In this document: piece after piece, positions 27,640-40,457 of the stretch
Numbering within the stretch: the first letter of the stretch is position 1
Layout: the number at the start of each line of letters is the position of its first letter
Assembly (NCBI GenBank): GCA_951406725.2
Contig: OX597837.1
Span: forward strand, 45,260,001 to 45,324,000
Source: Octopus vulgaris
Lineage: Eukaryota
Reading direction: 5' to 3'
Length of the DNA stretch: 64,000 bases
The notes under the pieces: model-generated
The model's database searches: none
Told to the model about the DNA's origin: nothing
Seen by the model: the letters and a program-made list of their open reading frames with translations, nothing else
Program-made: the position numbers and the translations under genes

Positions 27640-27895
27640 GTCTGGGGAGAGTAATTTTCTTTTTGTGCCTTATAATTTAACACACTCACCGGTAAAATTT
27701 CCACTTATTTCTTATTTTTATTGTCCTAAAATTTTCCTTGCGTCTTGCAACCTTTTCAGTAGTCTTGACTATTGAAAAGGTTGCAAGACGCAACGAAAAT
27801 CTTAGGAAAATAAAAATAATAAATAAGTGGAAATTTTACTGGTAAGTGTGTTAAATAATAAGGCACTAAAAGAGAATGACTCTCCCCAGACACAA
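27636..27895. repeat. Long inverted repeat (about 130-bp arms, 2-nt spacer)
   Basis: ttgtgtctggggagag...ccttttcagtagtc TT gactattgaaaagg...ctctccccagacacaa. Confidence 0.95.
27768..27806 (+). ncRNA. Hammerhead-like motif, U3-A8 core variant, in the arm of a long inverted repeat
   Basis: CTA TTGAAAA g GTTGC aagac GCAAC GAAA ATCT TAG. The mirror copy on the minus strand (about 27725-27763) reads CTA CTGAAAA g GTTGC aagac GCAAG GAAA ATTT TAG. Confidence 0.45.
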
Positions 27896-27952
27896 CAGAA
27901 AATGCTTCAACACACGAACTCATATAAAGAATCTTGCAAACCAAATCCCAAA

Positions 27953-27995
<43 letters not shown>

Positions 27996-28146
27996 TGCAT
28001 GAATGTGTATATATATATATGTGTATATGTATGTGTGTATATATATCTATATATGCATACATATATATAAGTATGTGTATATATGAATGCATATATGTAT
28101 GTATGTACGTACGTATGTATATATGTATGTATGTGTGTTTGTTTGT

Positions 28147-28195
<49 letters not shown>

Positions 28196-28676
28196 CCGTA
28201 TCTACTAGTATATTGGTCGAACTATTTTATATTTTATACTCTGGCAAAAATTACAATTTATCATTGTGTACATTGCGCACTTGCAGTAGTAATCTGCTTT
28301 GCATAGGTTTATCTATACTTCAGATAAGTATAAATATATGGTTTTCCTGAATGTTTGATAAATGGTTTATTTTTTTAAGGAGATGCTGACCTTCATAGGG
28401 TTCGGTGGTTTTGTGGTGGCGGGGGGTGGACTACTATAGACGATCTCATTCAGCTTAGTGCTAAACTTATACTAATGTCAAGGCAAAGTTGTGTATATGT
28501 GTGTGTGTATGTGTGTATGTGACTGTGTATGCGTGCGTGCACGTGTGTGTGTGTGTGTGCATGTGTGTGAGTATGTACAATATTTACATATATATTATTT
28601 TCTGTATTTTATCTTCTACTTGTTTCATGCATTAGACTGCGGCCACGCTGGAGCACCGCGTACGTGTATGCGTGTG

Positions 28677-28719
<43 letters not shown>

Positions 28720-28841
28720 GTAGAAGGATGAAAAGGAACACAACGACCTCGAACCCAAAAGAGAGATAGAGACAGGCAGAAACCAGGAAAATGACACTTG
28801 TATTTTTATATATTTTTCTAATTTTAATTATTTAATTGTTA

Positions 28842-28877
28842 CAGTTGAAAAAGTTTCAATGACTGGAACCGGTACTG
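28842..28877 (+). ncRNA. Hammerhead-like motif, U3-A8 core variant
   Basis: CAG TTGAAAA AGTT tcaat GACT GGAA CCGGTA CTG: stem I CAG/CUG, stem II AGUU/GACU, palindromic ACCGGU stem III, GUA triplet. GGAA replaces GAAA in this copy. Confidence 0.5.
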
Positions 28878-28925
28878 AAATGTTTTTCATAAAATTATTT
28901 TAGTATTTTCTATCTTGAATTTTTT

Positions 28926-29009
<84 letters not shown>

Positions 29010-29699
29010 GACGGGCTTTTAAAATTCACATCAGTTGTTTCAGCAGCATTTTTTTAATGAATTGTTCGATGACTAAGATTACCTCTTGTCAAAGAAAACC
29101 CGCTATCATCAGGTGATTTTAAACTTAGGTAGGCAAAGAAAATTTCAAATCAACTCGCTTTGCCAAGTATTAGCAAAGAGGATTGAAGAAATAATAGAAA
29201 AATAAAAGAAATAATTAAGCGAATGTCTAAAACATGAAGTAACATGAAATTTTGATGGCAGGTCATAATTTATATCTCTTTAGAAATGAAGTGGGAATCA
29301 TAAAACCAAGGACGGTCTTGGGCGCGTTACTGTGAAAAGAGTTAACACATTCGATCGTTTAGTTTTAAGTTGGTTACGGGGCAAGTAAACAGTCTAAAAT
29401 AACAAGCGAAACGGATTTGATATATAAGGGTTCTTCTTGAGGTTCAACGGTAACATCATCATCACCATCACCATCAACACCATCATCATCATCATCACTA
29501 CTACAACCACCACTAAGTGGTGGTATTAGTAGTTCGTCGTCTTCATCACCGTCATCATCATCATCATCATCGTCTTCACTACTACCACCACCAACACCAC
29601 TAACATCGTCGTCGTCATCATCATCATCATCATCATCTTCACTACTACCACCACTACCCCTACCATTGTCGGTGTCGTCATCATCACCATCATCATCCA

Positions 29700-29900
29700 G
29701 TCTCCTATTCATTAGTGCACATCGTGTACGAAGTGCATTCATCCAACGTACGATTGTGTTACGTGTAGGGACAGCCTGATTTCGATGAATGTTGAAATAG
29801 CACCGAAACACCCCCGTCGAACTTCTGTGACAGACTCGTTATTCTTCACGTAACTGTCGTAAGCAAACACGCGATGCCCTATCGTCCACAGTGTCATGGC
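29700..29900 (-). mobile_element. Tc1/mariner-superfamily transposase N-terminal HTH relic (DUF4817-like)
   Basis: MTLWTIGHRVFAYDSYVKNNESVTEVRR, then a frameshift to FRCYFNIHRNQAVPTRNTIVRWMNALRT. Confidence 0.75.
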
Positions 29901-29959
29901 TTCACATGAAAAAAAATGTTCAGACACCACGGGCCAAATGTTACCTGCTGAACTTATAT

Positions 29960-30332
29960 ATCTTTACTGCCCACAAGGGGCTAAACGCAGAGGGGACAAA
30001 CAAGGACAGACAAAGTCGATGACATCGACCCCGAAAGGATGAAAGGCAAAGTCGACCTCGGCGGGATTTGAACTTAGAACGTAACGACAGACGAAATACC
30101 TATTTCTTTACTACCCACAAGGGGCTAAACATAGAGGGGACAAACAAGGACAGACAAAGGGATTAAGTCGATTATATTGACCCCAGTGCACAACTGGTAC
30201 TTATTTAATCGACCCCGAAAGGACGAAAGGCAAAGTCGACCTCGGCGGAATTTGAACTTAGAACGTAACGACAGACGAAATACCGCTAAGCATTTCGCCC
30301 GGCGCGCTAACGTTTCTGCCAGCTCGCCGCCT
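29960..30332 (-). mobile_element. SINE family B (head + tandem body units)
   Basis: ggcggcgagctggcagaaacgttagc head, B-box-like gttcaaattcc, gcctttc.tcctttcggggtcga core, two body units. Confidence 0.85.
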
Positions 30333-30995
30333 TCCTGTCGGACATATGTCCCTCTCCTGGGGCTGAGTAATACCATTTCAAAATCGTTCGTCCTCTCTTC
30401 CCCACCTTGTATTTATTTATTAATTATCTTTAATCTTTTACTGAAAATTCCAATACTCGAACTTTCAGCACCAAACCAGCACCGATCTTGAAACAGAACA
30501 ATGTTTCACCTTTGACCCAGTAAAGGCCACGGCAATTGTGACCTTTGGCCAATAGCGAAACTCTAACACTCACACGCACAAACGTTCAATGTTTACGTCT
30601 AATCTTTTCTTCTTCTTCTTCTGTTTGTTTCTTTTTGTTCTTAAACACCCCACCCTACACTCCTCCCATCCCCGTCCCCCTCCCAGTCACCTCTTCCCCC
30701 CCCCCCCCCACACACTTTCATTAATGACTCTGCTTTCTCTCTTTCGCTTTTCGTATTGCCATGACATTCGAATTTTTTTTTTCGTCTTCCGCCGCCGCCA
30801 CCACCGCCATGATTATTTTCTTCACAGCTGAAGTTAAAGTTTTTGGGGTATTTATTTATTCAAATGTTTTGTTAGATTTGCTTTCATATGCACCCTTCCC
30901 CCTCTTCCTTTTATTTTGGTTTATTTTTCCTGTTGTCTAATGAATACATAAACATTCGCGTACATCAATCAACCAATCTCTCTCTCTCTCACTCA

Positions 30996-31084
<89 letters not shown>

Positions 31085-31539
31085 TGTGTGCATGTGTGTG
31101 TATGTGTGCACTTATGTACGTATGTATGAATGTTTGTATGCATATATCTATCTCTTTCTCTATCTGTCTGTCAACCACATTTAAGGCCTCCAAATTCTAA
31201 TGGAATTCTGAGTCGTATTCTTGACAAAAGTATGTCTTTGACTCCCACCCACCCACCCACTAATCTTGCCGGAACCCATCCCACTCCCTGTACGAGCAAT
31301 TTCCTCAAGACAAGAAAAATAGACAAAACTTCGTAATGAAAGGAAAAACAACAGAGAATCGGACATAAAATTTGGCCAGTACTTTATTTACAAACCCCAA
31401 AAGTAAGAAAGTGAGAAGTGGCCTTAGCGTGATTTGAACTCTGTGACTTGCATTATATCGAGGCATTCTATCCGACGTAATCAATTTGTAACCTATCTTT
31501 TACCCTCCATCTCTTCCTCACTTGGAAAGCAAGGGAGTT

Positions 31540-32640
31540 GATTCGGAGCTTCATAAGATGGTAAAGCTCCTTACTGTCATTTGCTCAGCAGCAGCCTGAA
31601 CATCACGAGCAAGATCCTCCCACTAAGTGTTCTGCATCTTCCTGAGAGATCGCTGCTGTAGTGATTTTACACTGCTATAGTGGGCAGATGCTTAGATTTC
31701 GCTGCACAGCTGAAAGTTCTCTGTGCAGCAATACAATGTGGGCATGGCGTTTTACAACCAATAGTCGCTGAAATTCAGTATCATTTTCATCAAGCCAGTC
31801 TCTATGTCTAGCAGTAGCGTATCCCAGTGTTTCAGCAACGCATTGAAGAACCTAGTATCGAAAATCTTCTCATACTGTAGTATTTTTAATGCTGAACAAG
31901 TGAGTCTGAAACTCTTTCCTCAACACAGCATCATATATCTTGTGGACATTCAGATGCCGAGGAATGCCAACTGGCCCTCTTCTCTCTTACACTCTAATCA
32001 TCATCCAGAATTTTTCTCGCATCAGACTGTGGTCTGTCCAGCATTCCGATCTATGACAAATGTCATAGATGTCACGCTTGTGGATGATGACATGATCCAG
32101 CAAGTACCAAACTTTGGACCTTTGATGCATCCGCGTTTTTGTGTAATCACCTTTGTGCATAAAATGAATGCTTGCGATGTAGATGCCATGTTCATCGCAA
32201 AGCTCCAGCAGCATGAGGCCATTGCTATTCATTTTCTCTACGCCAAAACTTCCTAGAGAGTTCCATATTTGCCAGTCTGTTCCAACCCTGGCATTGAAAT
32301 CCCTCAGTAGAATGATTTTATCAGAACTGGGGATTTTCCTAAATATGGTTCTCAGCTGGGTATAAAAAATAACTTTATCTTCATCACAACTAGTCAAAGT
32401 AGGTGCATAAACACTTATTAGAGTAGTAAACCACCCACCTTTCAGGTGCAATCATAGAGTCATTAGACGTTCGTTTACAGGAACAGGAAGTTCCTCCAAC
32501 TTCTTAAGAATATCAGATCGAACTGCAAATTCAACACCAGCCTCTCTCCGCTCCTCCTTCAGCCCCCCTTCCAAAATAAAAGGTGTAACCACCTCCTACT
32601 TTCTCAAGTCGACCATCACCTTCTATACGAGTCTCTGAAA
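31540..32640 (-). mobile_element. RTE-clade LINE fragment, AP endonuclease domain
   Basis: ETR..GGGYTF, ERLMTL, TLISVYAPTL, IILLRDFNARVG, NSNGLMLLELC, LLDHVI, CWTDHSL. Confidence 0.9.
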
Positions 32641-33039
32641 GATTGGAGTGTTTGTTGATATGTGGTTAGGTACATAGGTGATAACCTTGGCTTTTTGGCT
32701 GTTTGTGTGTGGCAGGCAAGTACAGGTAAGCGGTTGCTTGGGTTCAATAAGTGTTTCGATAAGCAAATGAAATGGCCCGGTAAGAAAACAGATAGCTAGA
32801 CATGAAATTAGGACTGATTAGCTGGGTTGGCGTAGGAGGAGAAACCATTATATGATTAAGTAGTGCGGTAAACACGGTTGAATAATCAGGAAGGTCAGTG
32901 TGTAGAAGTTAATCAATTGTTAAATAAAGCTAAAATAACGAATATGAGAATTAAAAAGATCTTCACCTCAAAAGACATTACACTGCATTCAATATTGAGG
33001 CTAGTAAACTGTTAGATTTTGCCATTTGTCCTTTGTAAA

Positions 33040-33400
33040 GGGCACAGCTATGGTCAATGTACACAGCTATGGAGAAGACAAAGGTCTTTCTTATGTGAAT
33101 CTTTTGCAGATTGGACAGAAGAAGCTAAAAAGATAGGATGACAAAAGATGCAACACTAGAGAAGCTGAAAGTCCAAAGACACCCATTGTTGAGAATCAAG
33201 TCCACAAAGTTATTATAGTTTGGACATACAACGCACCATGTGTCACTGGTCAAGGCCATTCTAATAGGAAGTGTGGTGGAGAAGAAAGCAAGAGACCATC
33301 GAAGGGATTTTTGGACAGACAACATTAATGAATGGTAAACAAGAACCTGGTTGATTGTCTGTATGCAACACAGCACAGGAAATTGGAATCGTGCCAAGCC
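33040..33400 (+). mobile_element. RTE LINE 3' fragment
   Basis: KLL*FGHTTHHVSLVKAILIGSVVEKKARDHRRDFWTDNINEW matches the RTE ORF C-terminus. Confidence 0.72.
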
Positions 33401-33694
33401 GATTCCTGGGCACATGAATGAATATATGAATATAGATGCAAGTATATAACCAAAATTGACAACTAGAAGCATAAATCCCCGTTAATAGAATCCTTTATTT
33501 ATCCTATATACGAAGTGAAAAACGGCCTCTACTTATTCCAGTATACAACTTGAGTTTTGGTATACCCCCAGTCAGCTAGTAACCTCTTCATACTGAATAA
33601 ATTTCTTATGCATAATGTGTACCTAACCCTGTAGGTATATATGTACACATAAACACGCGCGTGCACACACACGTACATAGATCCATACATATGC

Positions 33695-33897
33695 GCAAGA
33701 GGCTGATGGGAACTTCCTGATTTGCGTAAAAGAAAAGACAAGAAGATCAGTCAGCTGTGGTTTTATTCAACGTATTCCCCTCTCAGATTCACAAACTTAT
33801 TGCAGAGGTCCTCCAGTTCTTTTGAGCGCTGCAAAAGAACTCCAACCAGACCTTTCGCGATACCCTTAAAATCAGGGACTTTTCAGCCCACCCGCAT
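33695..33897. mobile_element. Mariner-derived MITE
   Basis: Imperfect TIRs ggctgatgggaacttcctgattt / aaatcagggacttttcagcc; about 200 bp, with TA-rich flanks. Confidence 0.6.
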
Positions 33898-34017
33898 TTA
33901 TATATATATGATGATACTGAAAAATTTGCGGGGATGGAATTTTTTATATTTTATTAATGTATTGCTACATACGTTTCTGCGTAACACATATTTTTTGTGA
34001 CTACATTCTCACATCAA

Positions 34018-34378
34018 TACTCTTTTACTCTTTTACTTGTTTCAGTCATTTGACTGTGGCCATGCTAGAGCACCGCCTTTAGTCGAGCAAATCGACCCCA
34101 GGACTTATTCTTTGTAAGCCTAGTACTTATTCTATCGGTCTCTTTTGCCGAACCGCTATATTACGGGGACGTAAACACACCAGCATCGGTTGTCAAGCGA
34201 TGCTGGGGATAAACAGAGACACACATATACATATATAAATATATACGACGGGCTTCTGTCAGTTTCCGCCTACGAAATCCACTCACAAGGCTTTGGTCGG
34301 CCCAAGGCTATAGCAGAAGACAATTGCCCAAGGTGCCACGTAGTGGGACTGAACCCAGGACCATGTGGTCGGTAAGCC
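34018..34378 (-). mobile_element. SINE family A
   Basis: Near-identical to the 46958-47375 copy; the head is truncated. Confidence 0.9.
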
Positions 34379-34791
34379 TAGGATATTATTAGATATTTTT
34401 GTCTGTGGATCTTAAGGGAGTCCATTACTCCACGTGCATACTTTACAGGCACTTTACATTAATGGTTTTATCGATGTTTAACTTAGGGGTATTTACCGTT
34501 TCAAACCGTCTGTTGGATTTATTGGCCCATACTTTATTTACCCTACGCTATAGTGTAGGAGGAATAACAATATATCCCATAGGATTATTCTGAGAGATGG
34601 GAATAATAAGCAGTAGCCAGCAACAAGTAGCATAGGAACGCTCCCCGAGGCATTTGCCGTAGACGAATTAAAAGCATATATATGCAGAATTTAAGTTAGT
34701 TGGAATATGTTTGTGAAATATTCCAACTGCTAGAAGGCAAATACACAGCAGGTGAAACATGTCTCAAACACACACATATATATATATATAA

Positions 34792-34885
<94 letters not shown>

Positions 34886-35843
34886 GCATACATATGTATA
34901 TGTTGTGGTTGGAATAATTGTAGACATTTCAGTGGCGATGTATAAATGTCAAAAATAGTATCCGTTTCTTCGCATGGTGTAATTTCGATCTAGGGATCTT
35001 CGGGTTAAGAACACAGCACATGCACACTGTACCGCCGCTCTGCTTTGCGAGTGATTTACCAAATATAGTGGTAAGAAACATTCAAGCGAGCTGAACAGCA
35101 GAAGGTCTTCGGAGAAGAGACCCCGATCAGCAAAACAAATATAGCGAACACAAGAGCGTTATTGTCTGTTCCGGGTTACGTTATTTCTATTACACAACCT
35201 AAACAAACAAACGAATAAAAAAAAACTATATTTCTCTGCAATGCACAGTTTCCAATGTACGAAATACTAAATATAACAGCAACACAATACATACTGCAGT
35301 ACTGAGGTGGGTTAATTTACTTACTAAAAGGCGACATTTCCTTCTGTCTGTATTCCGATAGTTGCAGTTGACAAACCACAAGTATAGATCTAGGCGAAGC
35401 CAATTTATCTTCTTTGTGTGTGTGGTGGGGGTGTCTCTTTCTTTGCCATTTTCAGATCAGCCAGAAGCAAATCAGTTCGATAAATGCCTCCACAGTGCAG
35501 CGTAGCGAGCGAACTTGCTAGTTTAGTTATTAAGTTAACTTAAGCAGGTTGCGACATTTGCATGCGTTTGTTCTCAGTTAAAAGAAACGGTTCCTTTTTA
35601 ATCTTTCGCTCGTTTCGCTATTTCGACTGCGGTCATACTGGGGCACCGCCTTTGAGAGTTTATTCCAACAAACCAAGAACAGGACTTATTTGTAAGTCTG
35701 GTACTTATTCCATTGCCTTTCCATTTGCTGAACTGCTAAGTTACGCGGAGTTAAACAAGGAGCGGTTGTCAAACGATGTTTCGAGACAATCACACACACA
35801 CACACATATACATATGTGTATATACACAAATACACATACATAC

Positions 35844-35914
<71 letters not shown>

Positions 35915-35924
35915 TATATATGTA

Positions 35925-35964
<40 letters not shown>

Positions 35965-35972
35965 TATATGCA

Positions 35973-36044
<72 letters not shown>

Positions 36045-36066
36045 CACACACACACACATATATATA

Positions 36067-36194
36067 AAATGGAGTTTAACGCAGGTGTAAATCAAATACT
36101 TTTACCTTCGACATATGTTTCGAAGATTTCACTGATATTTTAACATGTGTCGAAAGTAAAAGTAATTGATTTACACCTGCGTTAAACTCCATTT
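36067..36194. repeat. Inverted repeat (about 52-bp arms)
   Basis: aaatggagtttaacgcaggtgtaaatcaa...cgacatatgtt / aacatgtgtcg...ttgatttacacctgcgttaaactccattt. Confidence 0.92.
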
Positions 36195-36519
36195 ATTTAT
36201 TTATATATTATACAAAAAAATTCCACGTAAACCCGAAGTTTCTACCTTTAAAAACAAGGAGTTACAACCTCTTTGCTTGTGTGATTTTTGCTACCCTGGT
36301 ATCTATTTATCTTTTTGCGCCTCCATTATTGTTGCTATTTTCTTCGTCGTTGTTGTTGCTGTTGTACTTGTCGTCGTCGCTGTTTTCTGTTCTCATCATT
36401 GTTGTTGTTATTGCTGTTCATCGTCGTTATTAACGCCATTGTTGCATAGCAATATATCGGAGAAGGGACAGCGCACATAAACCTTTTCAGGTCCTCCGTC
36501 ACTGGTAGAACGATGGAAG

Positions 36520-36760
36520 AAAGCTATCCTGAAACCGGGGACCTTGATTCATCGAAGGAGAGGGGCTTTCTCCGTCCGGGTTGCGGATCCGTGGAATAAG
36601 CTGCCGGACGAGATAGTGAAGATGCCGACGACCACTCTGTCCAAAGTCTCTCTTGACCAGAAATGGCCTGAACTCTTTGCATGAACACCCTCTCTGTACA
36701 TAACTCCATGTCCCCCTACATGGCCTTGCTTTTTGCTTTTTGAGCCAAAAAATTAACCTA
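36520..36760 (+). mobile_element. CR1/L2-type LINE 3' end
   Basis: RRRGAFSVRVADPWNKLPDEIVKMPTTTLSKVSLDQKWPELFA* followed by a short 3'UTR. Confidence 0.8.
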
Positions 36761-37049
36761 ACATAAATGCTTTGCGTACAACAGAACGGACTGCCCTAAA
36801 GGCACTCATGGACCCAGTTGAGGGATTAAATCTACCCATTGTCCCTACAACAGAGATAATCCTTTTGGCCTTCCCAAATGCCACTTACAAAGGGTTTGTT
36901 TAAGCAGAAGCTTTGCTAGAAAACACTTGGGCACAAGACGATGTGCGGTGCCCTGGATTTGAACCTGGAACCATGTAGCGAAGGAACGAACTTATTAATC
37001 ACATAGATATGACGGTGTTTTTGGTTTATTTGGTACGACCGAGTCACAT

Positions 37050-37129
<80 letters not shown>

Positions 37130-37179
37130 AAGAAAGAAACAAACAAACAAAGAAAGAAAGGAAGAAAGAAAGAAAGAAA

Positions 37180-37276
<97 letters not shown>

Positions 37277-37302
37277 AAGAAAGAAGAAAGAAAGAAGAAA
37301 AA

Positions 37303-37364
<62 letters not shown>
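37050..37364. repeat. (GAAA)n microsatellite
   Basis: Direct reading. Confidence 0.98.
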
Positions 37365-37365
<1 letters not shown>

Positions 37366-37369
37366 GAGA

Positions 37370-38230
37370 ACCAGAATTTATCAGTTCGATAATAAAGTCG
37401 AAAGAAGAATATTTGAAATGTCTTCGACAATCGAACGGAATCGATGTGAAGAAAGTGAATTTAGCTTTACCAAGTTGACGAGTCAATCGATCCTTATTAG
37501 TGGTTAAAGCAAAACTAGTTGCGATCGATCTGTTCATTGAAAGAACCGAAATTATGAATCAATTGATTTGTGCCGTTGATGCTATCAAGAACACACAACA
37601 CCAAACGTAGAGAAGTATTTTTGATACTTTGATTACATATTTTCCACAAATTACGTCTTTCATGGTAAAAAAAAATAAAAGCCAGGTATTGGTGTTGTGC
37701 ATTCGTAGCTGATACTATTTTATCAATGGTTTCGTATTGGTATCCCTGGAATAACAACATAATGGGAATATATTTATTTACGCATTACATTTAAGCATTT
37801 TAGAGGAATGTCGATATGGAAAAGCGACTTTTGTGTTAAATTACGTTATGTTAACAGTCATTTTTTAAAATCTTTTTTTACCAAATCAAGACCGTTTGTG
37901 ATTCGGCTCTTTCAAAAACATCTTTTAGGAGAAGGATGCTGATTATCAATGTTTGATGTTACTTACAGAGAAGCTAAGAGGTTGCCAAGGTGAAGGGAAA
38001 TTCTTATATCATATTTATTACTTGAAAGACGAGCTGAATGTTGCCTTTTGTTTGTTTTTCTTTTTTTTTTTTTTTCAATCCAAAGGAAACTAAAGACTTT
38101 TTTTCTTCGCTAGATATCCCAACATTAAGCTTTGGTGTGTGTTTATCAGAGTTGCTTGGAAGAAATCTGAACGTTTGATCGCCGCGGGTACTTAATATAC
38201 ACAGACAAAAATGAAAAGCATACTTACTTC
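37370..38230 (+). mobile_element. Highly decayed hAT (Buster/Charlie-type) transposase relic
   Basis: QVDESID..AKLVA..FI..EIMNQ, IFDTLITY and IKTV/RPFVIRLF segments echo the recalled DESTD..AQL..FIR, IFxxL and IKSRPL..RLF motifs. Confidence 0.6.
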
Positions 38231-38263
38231 AAAAGATATACTATTGGTATTTCAAATGATACA

Positions 38264-39525
38264 AGGCGGAGAGCTGGCGCAATCGTTAGAAGGCCGCCAA
38301 ATAAAACGCTTAACGGCATTTAATCCGAATTTATGCTCTTCAAATTGCACCGAGGTCGAATTTACTTTTCAGGGTCGATAAAATAAAGTAATATTTGAGC
38401 ATTGATTTCAATGTAAAGGCCTTAACTGCTACCCTTAATGTTGGTGGCCGTGTGTTAAAATTTAAAAGTAATATTTCAAACGATCCAGCGCAGTGAACCG
38501 ATAGAATCATAAGCACGCTGGACGAAATGCCTAGCGGTATTTCTCCTGTCACAACGTTCTGAGTTCAAATTCCGCTGAGGTCGACTTTGTCGTTCATCTT
38601 TTTAGGGTCGATAAAATAAAGTAATGTTTGAGCATTGATTTCGATGTAAAGGCCTTAACTTCTACCCTTAATGTCGGTGGCTGTGTCTTAAAATTTTGAA
38701 AGCAATATTTCAAACGACCCAGCGCAGTGAGCCGGTATTTCGCCTATTGCAACGTTCTGAGTTCAAATTCCGCTGAGGTCGACTTTGCCGTTCATCTTTT
38801 CAGGGTCGATAAAATAAAGTAATGTTTGGGCATTGATTTCAATGTAAAGGCCTTAACTCCTACCCTTAATGCTGGTGGCTGTGTCTTAAAATTTTGAAAG
38901 TAATATTTCAAACGACCCAGCGCAGTGAGCCGGTATTTCGCCTATCGCAACGTTCTGAGTTCAAATTCCGCCGAGGTCGACTTTGCCGTTCATCTTTTCA
39001 GGGTCGATAAAATAAAGTAATGTTTGGGCATTGATTTCAATGTAAAGGCCTTAACTCCTACCCTTAATGCTGGTGGCTGTGTCTTAAAATTTTGAAAGTA
39101 ATATTTCAAACGACTCAGCGCAGTGAGCCGGTATTTCGCCTATCGCAACGTTCTGCGTTCAAATTCCGCCGAGGTCGACTTTGCCGTTCATCATTTCAGG
39201 GTCGATAAAATAAAGTAATATTTGAGCATTGATTTCGGTGTAAAGGCCTTAACTCCTACCCTTAATGTTGGTAGCTGTGTCTTAAAATTTTGAAAGTAAT
39301 ATTTCAAACGACCCAGCGCAGTGAACCGATAAAATCGTAAGCACGCTGGACGAAATGCCAAGCGGTATTTCGCCTGTCACAACGTTCTGAGTTCAAATTC
39401 CGCCGAGGTCGACTTTGCCTTTGATCTTTTCGGGGTCGATAAATTAGGTACCAGTAAAACACTGGGGTCGATGCAATCGATTATTCCCCCTCCCCCAAAT
39501 TTCAGGCCTTGTACCTACAGTAGAA
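38264..39525 (+). repeat. SINE-B-derived tandem array, 198-bp period
   Basis: cattgatttc at 38400, 38633, 38831, 39029 and 39227. Units carry gagttcaaattccgc.gaggtcgac. Confidence 0.92.
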
Positions 39526-39574
39526 AAGAATCGTTAGCATTCTAGGCAAAGTGCTTAGTGTCGTTTCTTACGAC

Positions 39575-39761
39575 TTCTTTTGCTTGTTTCAGTCATGTGA
39601 CTGCGGCCATGCTGGAGCACCGCATTTAGTCGAGCAAATCGACCACAGGACTTATTCTTTGTAAGCCTAGTACTTATTCTATCGTTCCCTTTTGCCGAAC
39701 CGCTGAGTTACGGGGACGTAAACACACCAGCATCGGTTATCAAGCGATGTTAGCGGGACAA

Positions 39762-39821
<60 letters not shown>

Positions 39822-39955
39822 GGGGTGTATATGTCTATATGCGTGTCTTTGTGTCTGTTTGTTCCCCCCATCACCCCTTGGTAACCGGTGCTGGTGTGTC
39901 TACATCTCGTAACTTAGCAGTTCAGCCGAAGAGCGATAGAATAAGTTCTAGGCTT
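39575..39955. mobile_element. Two SINE family A 3' halves in opposite orientation around a CA/TA microsatellite
   Basis: Minus-strand 3' module at 39575-39765; diverged plus-strand 3' module at about 39845-39955. Confidence 0.7.
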
Positions 39956-39987
39956 ATATATATATTTTTTTAACGAATAAAAAATTT

Positions 39988-40202
39988 TGAATGGTACAAC
40001 AATGCACTATAATACAATGGTCTATATGCCTGTTATAATTTAGTCAGCCATAGTCTGCTATAATCGGTTATAGCAGCGACTCCATCTAAGAATATCTGAA
40101 GCAGGAATATTATTCCGAAATATCATATCAGACTATGGATGACTAAATTACAACAGGTATATATCCCATTGTTTGTATTATAGTGCATTGTTGTACCATT
40201 CA
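39988..40202. repeat. Inverted repeat (about 70-bp arms) enclosing a small hairpin and a hammerhead motif
   Basis: tgaatggtacaacaatgcactataatacaa...ccatagtctg / cagactatgg...ttgtattatagtgcattgttgtaccattca. Confidence 0.9.
40092..40128 (+). ncRNA. Minimal hammerhead-like motif in the loop of an inverted repeat
   Basis: ATAT CTGAAGC a GGAAT att ATTCC GAAA TATC ATAT: stem I AUAU/AUAU, 5-bp stem II, AUAU palindromic stem III, AUC triplet. A9 is changed to C. Confidence 0.6.
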
Positions 40203-40258
40203 TAACTTTTTATTCTTTACAAACAATGCACAATGCTTCAAGCGAACTACAATACTCT

Positions 40259-40311
<53 letters not shown>

Positions 40312-40400
40312 GTATGTATGTATGTATGTATGTACGTATATGTATATGTAAATATCTATCTATCTATCTCTCTCGCTCTTACTCTCGCTTTTCATATATG

Positions 40401-40457
<57 letters not shown>

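Noticed and set aside
29374-29811. Acidic poly-Asp/Gly ORF
   Set aside because: A transposase fragment running into GAT/GGT repeats.
34725-34766. GAAACAUGUC preceded by a possible stem (hammerhead 3' half)
   Set aside because: No recognisable CUGANGA-type 5' core or stem I.
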